From an uncultured Actinomycetota bacterium (GTDB lineage: Bacteria; Actinomycetota; Actinomycetes; Prado026): a DNA stretch of 64,000 nucleotides. The notes under the pieces are model-generated. The model made no database searches and was not told the DNA's origin. It worked only from the letters and a program-made list of their open reading frames with translations. The DNA is taken from the NCBI GenBank assembly GCA_963711005.1, contig CAVQCJ010000002.1, positions 1,166,963 to 1,230,962 of the forward strand, written 5' to 3'. Of this stretch, positions 17,848 to 27,491 are shown in pieces. Each line of letters begins with the position of its first letter. Position 1 is the stretch's first letter. Position numbers and translations under genes: made by a program.

Positions 17848-19466
17848 CGTCCAGCGCACCCTCGGCGTACCGCTGCCGCAGCACCTTCTTGTCGAACTTG
17901 CCGACCGACGTCTTCGGCACCGCGTCGATCACCGCCCACCGCTCCGGCAGCTGCCAGTGGGCGACGCGCTCGGCGAGGTAGGCGCGCAGGTCCTCCAGCG
18001 ACACGTCCGAGCCCTCGCGCAGCACCACGGTCGCCAGCGGTCGCTCGCCCCACTTCTCGTCGGGCACGCCGACGACGCTGGCCTCCGCGACGTCCGGGTG
18101 CGACATCAGGCAGTTCTCCAGCTCGACGGACGAGATCCACTCGCCGCCGGACTTGATCACGTCCTTGGACCGGTCCGTCAGCGTGAGGTAGCCGTCGGCG
18201 GTCAGCGTCCCGACGTCGCCGGTCCGCAGCCAGCCGTCGTCGAACTTCTCCGGGTCGGCGTCACGGTGGTACGCGCCGGTCACCCATGGCCCGCGCACCT
18301 CGAGCTCGCCGACCGACTCGCCGTCCCAGGGCAGCTCGGAGCCGTCCGGACCGATCAGCCGCGCCTCGACGGACGCCGGCACCCGGCCCTGGGTGACCCG
18401 GTAGCGCATCCGCGCGTCCGCATCCGTGGCCGTGGCCGGGGCCCGCGACACCGAGCCGAGCGGAGAGGTCTCGGTCATCCCCCACGCGTGCACGATCATG
18501 CACGCCGTACCGCTCCTCGTACGCGCGCATCAGCGACGGCGGGCAGGCCGAACCGCCGACCACCGCCTCTTTCATCGAGGAGATGTCGCCGCCGTTCGTG
18601 TCCAGGTAGTGCAGCAGGTCGTTCCAGATCGTCGGGACCGCACCGGCGAACGTCGGGCGCTCCTGCTCGATCATCTTCGCCAGCGGCTCGGCCTGCAGGA
18701 AGCGGTCGGGCATGAGCAACGACGCGCCCGACATGAACGCGGCGTAGACCAGCCCCCAGGACATCGCGTGGAACTGCGGCACGACCACCAGCACGCGGTC
18801 GGCGTCGCTCAGCCCGAACGACTCCTTGGTGCAGACCTGCATCGAGTGCAGCCAGATCGATCGGTGCGAGTACACGACGCCCTTGGGGTGGCCGGTGGTG
18901 CCGCTGGTGTAGCAGATGGCCGCCGCCGAGCGCTCGTCCACCTCCGGCCAGTCGTACGTGGTCGGCCGGCCGGCGATCAGCTCCTCGTACGAGTGCACGG
19001 CCACGCCCTCGGGCGCGTCGAGCGCGGCCGGGTCGGCGCCCGGACCGGCGACGACCACGTGCCGGACGGTCGTCATCTCCGGCAGCACCTTGGCGAAGAC
19101 CGGGACCAGGGCCGCGTCCACGACGACGACGTGGTCCTCCGCGTGGTTGACGATGTAGGCGACCTGCTCGGGGAACAGGCGGATGTTGACCGTGTGCAGC
19201 ACCGCGCCCATCGACGGCACGGCGTAGTAGACCTCGAGGTGCTCGGCGTTGTTGAACATGAACGTGCCGACGCGCTGGTCGCCGTCGACGCCGAGCTCGC
19301 GCAGGGCGTGCGCCAGCTGTGCGGCCCGCGCCCCCGCCTGGGCGAAGGTCTCGGTGCGGACCCCGTCCCCGGTCCAGGTGCTGACCGTGGACCGGCCGTG
19401 GACGCTGCTGCCGTACCGCAGGAGCCGGGCGACCGACAGCTGCACGTCCTGCATGGTGCTCTTCAC
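17831..19466 (-). pseudogene. Long-chain acyl-CoA synthetase (AMP-binding family) with one frameshift near 18500
   Basis: ORF 18261..19466 carries YTSGTTGHPKGV and ends ...RAYEERYGV before junk. ORF 17831..18499 continues MIVHAWGMTETSP...TGDVG...GEWISSVELE...PKTSVGKFDKK. One extra base joins them. Confidence 0.8.
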
Positions 19467-19497
19467 GGGCGTTCTCCAGGGTCGGCCGCCGGATGGT

Positions 19498-20737
19498 TCA
19501 CCAGTCGGGGCGCAGCGGCATCCCGCTGCGGTGGTCCGGTCCCAGGCGCACCCCGAGCAGCTGGTGCAGCTGCACCGTGTTGTTCTCGAACCCGACCTGG
19601 CAGGCGACCAGGTACAGCCGCCACACCCGGGCCTTGGCGAAGCCGACCTCGGCGACCGCCGCGTCCCAGTTCGCCTCGAGGTTGGCGGCCCACTCGCGCA
19701 GCGTGAAGGCGTAGTGCTCGCGCAGGTTCTCGCCGTGCCGGAGCTCGAAGCCGTTGTCGTTCATGGCGGACGCGATCGTCCCCGGCCCCTCCAGCTCCCC
19801 GTCGGGGAAGATGTACCGGTCGATGAACCCGCCGGTGCGCGCCGGGCCGATGCCGTCGGGGCGGGTGATGCAGTGGTTCAGCAGCCGCCCGCCCGGTTGC
19901 AGCCGGGACTGCAGGAACGTGAAGTACTTCGGCAGGTTGGCCAGCCCGATGTGCTCGGTGAGGCCGATCGACGACACCGCGTCGAACCCGGTCTCGGTGA
20001 CGTCGCGGTAGTCCTGGAAACGGACCTCGGCCACGTCCTGCATGCCGTGCTCGGCGACCAGCTTGGCGCCCCACTCGGCCTGCTGCCGCGAGAGCGTGAC
20101 CCCGATGGCTCGTACGCCGTAGTTCTCCACCGCGTGCCGGACCATGCCGCCCCAGCCGCAGCCGACGTCGAGCAGGCGCATGCCCCGCTCGAGCCCGAGC
20201 TTGCGGCAGACGAGGTCGAACTTCTCCGCCTGCGCCTCCTCGAGCGACGCGTCCGGCTTGGGGAAGACGGCACAGGTGTACGCCATCGACGGGCCGAGGA
20301 CGTAGGAGTAGAAGAGGTTCGAGACGTCGTAGTGGTGGCTGATCGCCGCGGCGTCGCGGGCCTTGGAGTGCCGGCGGCCGCGGCGCAGCGGCGGCGGCGC
20401 CTCCTGGGCCGGCCGCGGCGGACGGCGCAGGACGCCGGGACCGAGGGTGCGGAGCACGTCGGCCCGCTCGGCCCAGGTGAGGTCGGCCGCCGGTCCGGCC
20501 AGCAGCGTGGCCAGTGCGCCGTGCAGGTCGCCGGTCACGTCCAGGTTGCCGGTCACGTAGGCACGCGCCAGCCCGAGGTCGTTCGGCGCGGTCGCGAGGT
20601 AGCGCAGCGCGACCGGCGACCGGACGCTCGATCGTCGACGGCGCATCCTTCGGTCCGCACGAGCTGCCGTCGAAGGCGACGAACCGCAGCCGGTCGCCGG
20701 TGCCGACGAACCGCTCGAACATCTCCGCGAGCTTCAT
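19498..20737 (-). pseudogene. SAM-dependent CFA-synthase-family methyltransferase (BfaB/TmsB/UfaA1-like) with one frameshift near 20626
   Basis: The N-terminus MKLAEMFERFVGTGDRLRFVAFDGSSCGPKDAPSTIE lies in one frame. VRSPVALRYLATAPNDLGLARAYVTGNLDV...LLDVGCGWGG...stop lies in the ORF 19498..20646 frame. Confidence 0.8.
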
Positions 20738-20751
20738 ACCGCCCCCTTGCC

Positions 20752-22160
20752 TCAGCGCTGCCGGACAGTCTTGTCGTACAGGTCGGCGAACCGTCCATCC
20801 GGGTCGTAGGTCTTCTTCAGCGTCTGGTACGCCGCCCCGTTGTAGGTGGCCCAGAACGTGTCCTTGTCGTAGTACGCAGTGCTGTAGAGCGACTTGCGGC
20901 CGCCCAGCTCGGCGACGACCTCCTCGATCCGGCGGTTGTGGTCGCCGTCGTGCTGTCCCGGCGCGAGCTCGACGCTCGACCAGAAGCCGACGTTCACGTA
21001 GGTCTTCCGCGGGTCGAACGCGTAGAGCTCCCAGGTGACGTCCGGGTCGCGCTGGAGCAGCGGGCAGACCCAGACCGGCTCGATCCCGACCTCGCGGTGG
21101 AAGAAGTCGAGGAACTCGGTCGTGCGATCGATCGGCACCTCGACGTCCTGGACGATCACCTCGCGCGGCGGCCGGCCCCGCCAGCCGGTCGACCCGGCCG
21201 GCCACCTGGTGCCGGCGCTCGAAGCTGACGAGCTTCATGTAGACGTCCGAGCGCATGTACCGCCGCGGGACCAGCCGGCGGACCGCCGGATGCTGCACGC
21301 CCAGGGCCCGCGAGCACCAGAACCAGTCGGTGTCCCAGCGCCACAGGTAGTCGCGGACGGTGAGGAAGTCACGCCGACGCTGCTGCAGGGAGCGGTAGTA
21401 GATCCCCTGCCCGGTGTAGTCGCTGGTGTACGGCGCCTCGTCCACGAACGTGCCCAGGCGTCAGGTAGTGCTCGCCCGGGGAGAAGACCGTGCCGTCCAC
21501 GAAGTCCAGCTGCGCGCCGTCCGCCGACCGGGTCCGGCAGACCTCGTCCAGCCGGGCGACGAAGGACTCCGCGTCGTCGTGCCGCTCGTGCGTGAGCATC
21601 ACGTACGGCCGGACGGGCTGCAGCTCGATCCGCAGCCGCAGCGCGTACCCGAGCGAGCCGTACGAGTTGGGGAACCCGTAGAACAGCGCCGCGTGCTCGC
21701 CGTCCGGGGTGACGGTGAGCAGGCGTGCGTCGCCGGTGAGCACGTCCATCTCGAGCACCGACTCGTGCGGCAGCCCGTTGCGGAACGAGCTCGACTCGAT
21801 CCCCAGCCCGGTCACGGCGCCGCCGAGCGTGATCGTCTTCAGCTGCGGGACCACCAGCGGCATCAGCCCGTACGGCAACGTGGCGTCGACCAGGTCCTCG
21901 TACGTGGTCATCCCCAGCACGTCGGCGGTCCGCGCGTCCGGGTCGACCGACAGGACCCCGGCGAGCCCGGAGACGTCCAGCCCGGGGGCGGCGGCCCGGG
22001 CGCGGAAGACGTTGCTGGTGCGCTTCGCCAGCCGGACCGAGCCTGAGGGCGGGACGTCGGCGACCTGGGCGCGCATCCGCTCCGCCGCGACCGCGTAGCC
22101 GGCACGGTCGACCCCCGGCGCGCGGCCGGTGCTCCCGGCGACCAGGTTCGCCATGGGCAC
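20752..22160 (-). pseudogene. FAD-binding (PCMH-type) oxidoreductase (BfaA/TmsA-like) split over three frames
   Basis: 21458..22160: ...GLMPLVVPQLKTITLGGAVTGLGIESSSFRNG...SPGEHYLT. Then FVDEAPYTSDYTG..DYLWRWDTDWFWCSRA..KLVSFERRHQVAGRVDRLAG. Then (E)VIVQDVEVPIDRTTEFLDFF...YDPDGRFADLYDK. The shifts lie at about 21457 and in the C4 run at 21176-21179. Confidence 0.8.
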
Positions 22161-22224
22161 ACGCTAGCCACGCTCGGACCCGCTGGGAACCTTGATCGTT
22201 CAACTGGGCCCCCGCCCGCCCTCA

Positions 22225-22296
22225 CCCGCGTTGATCTTGAGCAAGTCACCGGCCCTGACGGCGTGTCTCAGGTGTGTTGCTCAAGATCAACGCGGG
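22225..22296. repeat. Perfect 20-bp inverted repeat (long hairpin) with complementary G/C-rich flanks
   Basis: cccgcgttgatcttgagcaa (22225-44) pairs with ttgctcaagatcaacgcggg (22277-96), with a 32-nt loop. The flanks ccccgcccgccctca / ggggatggggcagggttgggg are partly complementary. It lies between two minus-strand genes. Confidence 0.8.
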
Positions 22297-22314
22297 GATG
22301 GGGCAGGGTTGGGG

Positions 22315-22500
22315 TCAGCGGGAGCGGCGGCCGCGGGGGCGGAGGAAGTACGCGAGGGCGCCCGTGAGCAGGCCGACGACGAGGTAGACGGCCCCGATGT
22401 TGGCGTGGCCCCGGGAGAAGTTGAGCGCGGCCAGTACCAGCCACGCGAGGGCGATGACGACCAGCACGTAGTGCCGGTCGCGGGGGGTCACGCGCGGCAT
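22315..22500 (-). CDS. Small two-helix membrane protein (61 aa)
   Basis: MPRVTPRDRHYVLVVIALAWLVLAALNFSRGHANIGAVYLVVGLLTGALAYFLRPRGRRSR. No family recognised. Confidence 0.45.
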   Translation of the reverse strand: MPRVTPRDRHYVLVVIALAWLVLAALNFSRGHANIGAVYLVVGLLTGALAYFLRPRGRRSR

Positions 22501-22529
22501 GCTACGGGGACCGCATAGGTTCTCCGGCC

Positions 22530-23468
22530 ATGACACCCATGACAGACAGTGGCCGAGCCGAGGGTGCCGCGCCGAGGCCGCGGGTCGGCGTCGTCGGGCT
22601 GGGGATCATGGGCTCCGGGATGGCGCACAACCTGGTCGCCGCCGGCTTCCCGGTCACCGTCTTCAACCGCACCCCGGCCCGGACCGAGCCGCTCGCGGCG
22701 GTCGGCGCCGCGGTCGCGGACACCGCTGCCGGGCTGGCCGCGGCGAGCGACGTCGTCCTGGTCTGCGTGAGCGACACCCCCGACGTCGAGGCGGTGCTCT
22801 TCGGACCGGGCGGCGTCGCCGAGGGGGCCGCGGCGGGCACGCTCGTCATCGACGCCAGCACGATCGCCCCGGCGGCGACGCGGGCGCTCGCGGAACGGCT
22901 GGCCGGCCAAGGCGTCGCCCTCGTCGACGCACCGGTCTCCGGCGGGTCCGAGGGCGCCAAGAACGGTACGTTGTCGATCATGGTCGGCGGCGCGGAGCCC
23001 GACGTCGACCGCGCTCGCCCGGTGCTGGAGGCGATCGGCCGGACGATCACCCACGTGGGCCCGGTCGGCGCCGGGCAGACCTGCAAGCTGGTCAACCAGG
23101 TGCTGGTCGTGGTCAACATGCTCGCGGTCTCCGAGGCGCTGCTGCTGGCGGAGGCGGGCGGCCTGGACCTGGGGACCACGATCGCGGCGGTCCAGGGCGG
23201 GGCCGGTGGCTCGTGGATGCTCACCAACCGCGGCCCGCAGGTGGTGGCCGGCGACTGGCGGCCCGGCTTCACCATCGACCTGCAGCAGAAGGACCTGCGG
23301 CTGGTGCTCGAAGCCGCCGACGAGCTCGGCGTCCCACTGGTCGGCACGGCCGCGGTGTTCCAGCTGTACCGCACGCTGCAGGCGCGCGGTCTCGGCTCGG
23401 AGGGGAACCACGCCCTCGCCAAGGCCCTCGAGGCGCTGTCCGGTCACAGGATCGGCCGAACGTCGTGA
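22530..23468 (+). CDS. NAD(P)-dependent 3-hydroxyisobutyrate / 2-hydroxy-3-oxopropionate reductase family dehydrogenase
   Basis: VGVVGLGIMGSGMAHNL Rossmann motif, DAPVSGG, GAGQTCKLVNQ. Confidence 0.9.
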   Translation: MTPMTDSGRAEGAAPRPRVGVVGLGIMGSGMAHNLVAAGFPVTVFNRTPARTEPLAAVGAAVADTAAGLAAASDVVLVCVSDTPDVEAVLFGPGGVAEGAAAGTLVIDASTIAPAATRALAERLAGQGVALVDAPVSGGSEGAKNGTLSIMVGGAEPDVDRARPVLEAIGRTITHVGPVGAGQTCKLVNQVLVVVNMLAVSEALLLAEAGGLDLGTTIAAVQGGAGGSWMLTNRGPQVVAGDWRPGFTIDLQQKDLRLVLEAADELGVPLVGTAAVFQLYRTLQARGLGSEGNHALAKALEALSGHRIGRTS

Positions 23469-23527
23469 TCCCGCTGAACGCCGGGCCAACTGAACGCTGG
23501 GCCGATCTGAACGAACTGTCAGGATCT

Positions 23528-24016
23528 GGTGCGATCCCGGTCCGACGGGCCCTGGCGCTGCTCGCAACCGGGTACGACTACCTCATCCCGTACGTCGACC
23601 CGGCGCTGTTCGACTGGCGGCAGGGCCGGCCGGACCTGTTCGCCAACATCGCGCACCGCACGCTGGACGGGCTGTACGTCCTCGGCTTCGTCGAGTTCGC
23701 CGACGCCGCCTACCAGCGGTTCGACGAGATGGCCCAGGTCGTCGTCATGGACGCGCACGCGCACCGCACCGGCGAGCACCTCGACGAGATGCGGCGGTTG
23801 CGCCGCGAGGCGCACCCGGACCTCGCCGGCGGGCACCACTACGTGGACTCGGCGCGGCACGCCGGGTACGTCGACTCGCCGACGTACCAGCGCTACCTCG
23901 CCGACCTGCGGGACCGGTTCGGCTTCGCCGACCCAGACGACGACTTCTACGGACCGCCGACGCTGGACCTGACCGCGCAGCCCGACAGCGCGCCGGCCGG
24001 GACGGTGCACTCGTGA
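23528..24016 (+). pseudogene. C-terminal remnant of a flavin-containing monooxygenase-like gene
   Basis: ...ALALLATGYDYLIPYVDPALFDW...LYVLGFVE... matches the ATGY..FPF region and tail of FMO-type enzymes. There is no N-terminal FAD/NADPH domain and no start; it begins right after the preceding gene. Confidence 0.45.
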
Positions 24017-24978
24017 CCACCTCGCCGGTACCCGCGCTGGCCGACCTGCTGCCGTTGCCCGCCGCCCTCGACGGCGGGCTGGCCACCGAGCTGGAGGTGC
24101 GGGGCTACGACCTGGCTCACCACCTGTGGTCCGCGCAGCTGCTCGCCGACGACCCGGACGCGATTCGCCGGCTGCACCGGGACTACTACCTGGCCGGTGC
24201 ACGGGTCGCGATCTCCGCGTCGTACCAGGCCAGCCGGACCGGGTTCATCGCCAGCGGCATGGACGCCGACGAGGCCGACGCGCTGTTGCGACGCAGCGTG
24301 CGGATCGCCCAGCAGGCGCGCGACCAGGCCCTAGCCGAGGGCGTCCGCGGGCCGCTGCTCGTCGCGGCCAGCGTGGGCCCGTACGGGGCGATCCGGCACG
24401 ACGGCTCGGAGTACCGCGGCCGCTACGGCATCCCGCGGGCCAGGCTGCGGGCGTTCCACGAGGAACGGCTCGCCGTGCTGGTCGACGCGGCCCCCGACGT
24501 GCTGGCGGTCGAGACCATCCCGGACGTCGAGGAGGCCGAGGTCCTGGTCGAGCTGCTGGCCGGCTCCGACGTCCCGGCATGGATCTCGTTCTCGTGCACA
24601 GCGGGCGGGAAGACCTGCGCCGGGCAGCCGTTCGCGGAGGCGGTCGGCGTGGCCACCTCCACCGACCGCACCATCGCGGTCGGGGCCAACTGCACGGCCG
24701 CGGAGCACGTCGACGCGGTGCTCGCTGCTGCCCGGGCGGTCACCGAGCTGCCGCTGGTCGTCTACCCCAACGCCGGCGGCACCTGGGACGCGTCCACCGG
24801 CACCTGGACCGACGTCATGTCCAAGGACCTGCCCGCCGCCGTCGTCCGGCGCTGGGTGGACGCCGGCGCCGCGCTGGTCGGCGGCTGCTGCGGTCTCGGG
24901 CCGGAGGCCGTCGCGGGCATCGCCGGGGCCATCGCGACGTTGCCGGACAGCGTGGACGGGTCGGACGTCAGGCCCTGA
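24013..24978 (+). CDS. mmuM: Homocysteine S-methyltransferase
   Basis: LDGGLATELE, VGANC and VGGCCGLGPE Zn-ligand motifs. The GTG start overlaps the stop of the upstream remnant frame. Confidence 0.85.
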   Translation: MTTSPVPALADLLPLPAALDGGLATELEVRGYDLAHHLWSAQLLADDPDAIRRLHRDYYLAGARVAISASYQASRTGFIASGMDADEADALLRRSVRIAQQARDQALAEGVRGPLLVAASVGPYGAIRHDGSEYRGRYGIPRARLRAFHEERLAVLVDAAPDVLAVETIPDVEEAEVLVELLAGSDVPAWISFSCTAGGKTCAGQPFAEAVGVATSTDRTIAVGANCTAAEHVDAVLAAARAVTELPLVVYPNAGGTWDASTGTWTDVMSKDLPAAVVRRWVDAGAALVGGCCGLGPEAVAGIAGAIATLPDSVDGSDVRP

Positions 24979-27307
24979 ACTCCAGGTAGACCCACGAACC
25001 GGTGGTCGCGGCGTTGACGGCGTCGGTGGCGATCGACGCCCGCACCCGGTACTGCACCGAGAGCGCGTGCTTGGCCAGCGGAAGGCCGGCAGCGCCGCTC
25101 CCCGCGTCGACGGGTACGCAGGCCGTGGTCGCCACGGTCTTCCATGCTCCGCCGCTGAAGCCCTGCGCCGTGAAGGTCACGCAGCCGACCGCGCCGCGGG
25201 CCGGGGCCAGCACTGCGCGGAAGGCCGGGTCCGTGGCCGAGTGGAACAGCCGGTACGAGCCGGACGTGCCGTAGGCGCCGGCGACCGACGTCGTGATGCG
25301 CGCCAGGGCCGTGGTCGACGTGGCGTACGTCGCGGTCGCGTACCGCGCGTCGCCGGCGAAGCTCGCCTGGAAGGCGACGTGCCGGTAGAAGGTCGTGGAC
25401 AGCGCGTAGTTCCCGGCGCTGTTCACCGGTCCGGTGTGCACGAGAGTCCACACCGGGGCCGGTACGCCGTACACGTACTCGTAGAGGCTGATCGTGCGGT
25501 TGGTGTAGGTCGGGCCGAGGTGCACGGTCACCGTCCCCGCCCCGCCGTAGGCGAACACCCGGCCGTTCACGGCGACGGTGAGCGCTGGGGTGACGCGGTC
25601 CACCGGGACCGTGACCGTGGCCGTCGACCCGGAGTGCGTGCTGTCGCCGGCGAACCGGAACGTGTACGTCACCGTCCCGCCGGCCGGCGGGCTGTCGGTC
25701 GCGACGAAGCCGCCGGCGGAGTCCGTGGTGAGCGACGCGAGCTGCACGGTGCCGGTGAGGTCGGTGCGCGTCCAGGTCAGCGGTCGCAGGCCGGTCGCGG
25801 TGTCGCCGCCGGTCAGCGCTCCGGTGATGGTCAGCGGGACGCCGCGGGGGGCCGACGGCGGTCCGGACGCAGTCAGGAAGGTCTGCACCGCCACGGTGCT
25901 GACCGTCGTCGACGCGGTCGCGGCGGTCGTCGCCGCGTTCCCGCCGTACGCCACGGTGTACGCGCTGGCGCCGACCGCGGCGGGGGTGTCGGACACCTGG
26001 AAGCCGCCGCCGGAGTCAGTCGTGACGCCTGCCAACGGGGTGCTGCTGCCGTCCGGGTTCCGGCGGGTCAGCGTGAGCGGGACGCCCGGGGCCGGGACGC
26101 TCTGGACCAGCAACGTGCCGCTCAGCGTGGTGGCGGCACCGATCGTGAACCCGGAGCCGGCGGCGGCCAGGGTGAGCGACGCCGGCCGAGGCGCCTGCGC
26201 CGCGGCCATGGCGGCGGCGAAGTCGACACCCGGTCCGCTCGACGGGGTGCCGCAGTCGGTCGGCGCCCAGGTCCGATCGGCCATCAGCAGGGTGCCGATA
26301 CCGATGTCGGCGGACTGCCCGAGCACACCGATCCCGCGGGTCGCGAGGTACGAGAGGAACGCCGGGGCGAGATTCTGCGACGAGGTCCCGCACTTGGCGG
26401 TGCCGTAGTTCCACTCGGTGGCGAGAACCGGCACCTGCATGGCGGCGTCCCCGAACCGGTAGTCCCAGTCCAGGTAGCCCTTCGGGGACGTGTAGAAGTA
26501 CGGGTGCACGGCGTAGGCGATGTCCGGCGGCGTCAGCGTGTCCTGCAGCAGGGGCACGCCCTGCAGCTCGCCACCCTTGTTCAGCCCGTCCGCGACGAGA
26601 ACGTTGCGGGCGCCGAGCGCTCGGATGGCGTCGACCAGCTGCTGGTGCCCCACCGCAGGGTCGCCCAGGTTGGGCTCGGGGCTGGACCCGCCGTTCAGCC
26701 ACTCGTCCCACTGCCCCGGCCCGGGCGGCATCAGGAGCGGAGCCGCGGATCCGTCGATCGGTTCGTTGTAGAGCTCGAACGCGACGTCCGGGTCGGCGGC
26801 GAACATCGGCGCCAGGACGGTCCAGGCGGCGACCGTGGCCTGGCTGGGCATCGGGTGCTGGGCACCGCAGCCGGCCTGGTACTGGTCCTGCATGGACAGG
26901 ATCACTGCCAGCCCGGCGTCGTGGGCCTGGGTCACGGTGCCCGACAGGGCGGTGAGGTAGGCCGTGACGTTCGCCGGCACCGGGTCGGTCAGCGCCGTCT
27001 GCAGCACCTGCAGCCGCACGGTGTTCGCGTGCCAGGCGCCGGCCAGCGCCGCCATCTCCGGCTGCCCGAGTTGGGCGGCAGCCTTGACGATGTCCGTCTG
27101 GGTGCAGTCGGCCCCGGCCATCGCGCCGACGAGGTTGAACCCGCGCACGAGGAACGGCTGACCGTCCCGGGTCAGCTGGTTGCCGACCACCCGCAGGCCG
27201 GCCGGCGGCGCGGCCGTCGCGGGGGAGCTCGCCCCGGCGACCAGCGAACCCGCCGCCAGCGCGAGGCCGAGAACGAGCACGGCCGGGCGCCCCGCCGTCC
27301 GTCGCAT
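24968..27307 (-). CDS. Secreted GH5-family glycoside hydrolase with C-terminal Ig-like repeats
   Basis: Signal peptide MRRTAGRPAVLVLGLALAAGSLVAGASSPATA. FELYNEP (acid/base) and VLATEWNYG (nucleophile). Two related modules (GVTTDSGGGFQVSDTP / LTTDSAGGFVATDSPP) plus further beta-rich sequence. The 5' part of the 1178-aa ORF is a shadow. Confidence 0.8.
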   Translation of the reverse strand: MRRTAGRPAVLVLGLALAAGSLVAGASSPATAAPPAGLRVVGNQLTRDGQPFLVRGFNLVGAMAGADCTQTDIVKAAAQLGQPEMAALAGAWHANTVRLQVLQTALTDPVPANVTAYLTALSGTVTQAHDAGLAVILSMQDQYQAGCGAQHPMPSQATVAAWTVLAPMFAADPDVAFELYNEPIDGSAAPLLMPPGPGQWDEWLNGGSSPEPNLGDPAVGHQQLVDAIRALGARNVLVADGLNKGGELQGVPLLQDTLTPPDIAYAVHPYFYTSPKGYLDWDYRFGDAAMQVPVLATEWNYGTAKCGTSSQNLAPAFLSYLATRGIGVLGQSADIGIGTLLMADRTWAPTDCGTPSSGPGVDFAAAMAAAQAPRPASLTLAAAGSGFTIGAATTLSGTLLVQSVPAPGVPLTLTRRNPDGSSTPLAGVTTDSGGGFQVSDTPAAVGASAYTVAYGGNAATTAATASTTVSTVAVQTFLTASGPPSAPRGVPLTITGALTGGDTATGLRPLTWTRTDLTGTVQLASLTTDSAGGFVATDSPPAGGTVTYTFRFAGDSTHSGSTATVTVPVDRVTPALTVAVNGRVFAYGGAGTVTVHLGPTYTNRTISLYEYVYGVPAPVWTLVHTGPVNSAGNYALSTTFYRHVAFQASFAGDARYATATYATSTTALARITTSVAGAYGTSGSYRLFHSATDPAFRAVLAPARGAVGCVTFTAQGFSGGAWKTVATTACVPVDAGSGAAGLPLAKHALSVQYRVRASIATDAVNAATTGSWVYLEFRA

Positions 27308-27491
27308 GCTGCACCCCCGCCCAGGTCCCGCGGCGACCATCGCACAGCCGGCCCGATCGGCGCAGGCGAGCATCGAAGTTAGAGCGCAATCCAGGCCGAG
27401 AACCGGCCGGCTCATGGGCGGGGGCACCGGGTTTACCGGGTCCGAACACAGCCTGGGCCGGGGCCGGACATGCGGTTCCGATGCTCTGGCC

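Noticed and set aside
17107-22160. Programmed ribosomal frameshifting as the explanation for the six frame changes.
   Set aside because: The events go in both directions, lack a shared slippery heptamer or downstream structure, and occur in unrelated housekeeping-type genes. Indels, whether real or technical, are far more parsimonious.
22499-24016. 505-aa ORF spanning the dehydrogenase locus.
   Set aside because: Its first 340 codons are an out-of-frame shadow of the 22530..23468 dehydrogenase. Only the last about 160 codons, the FMO-like tail, look protein-like.
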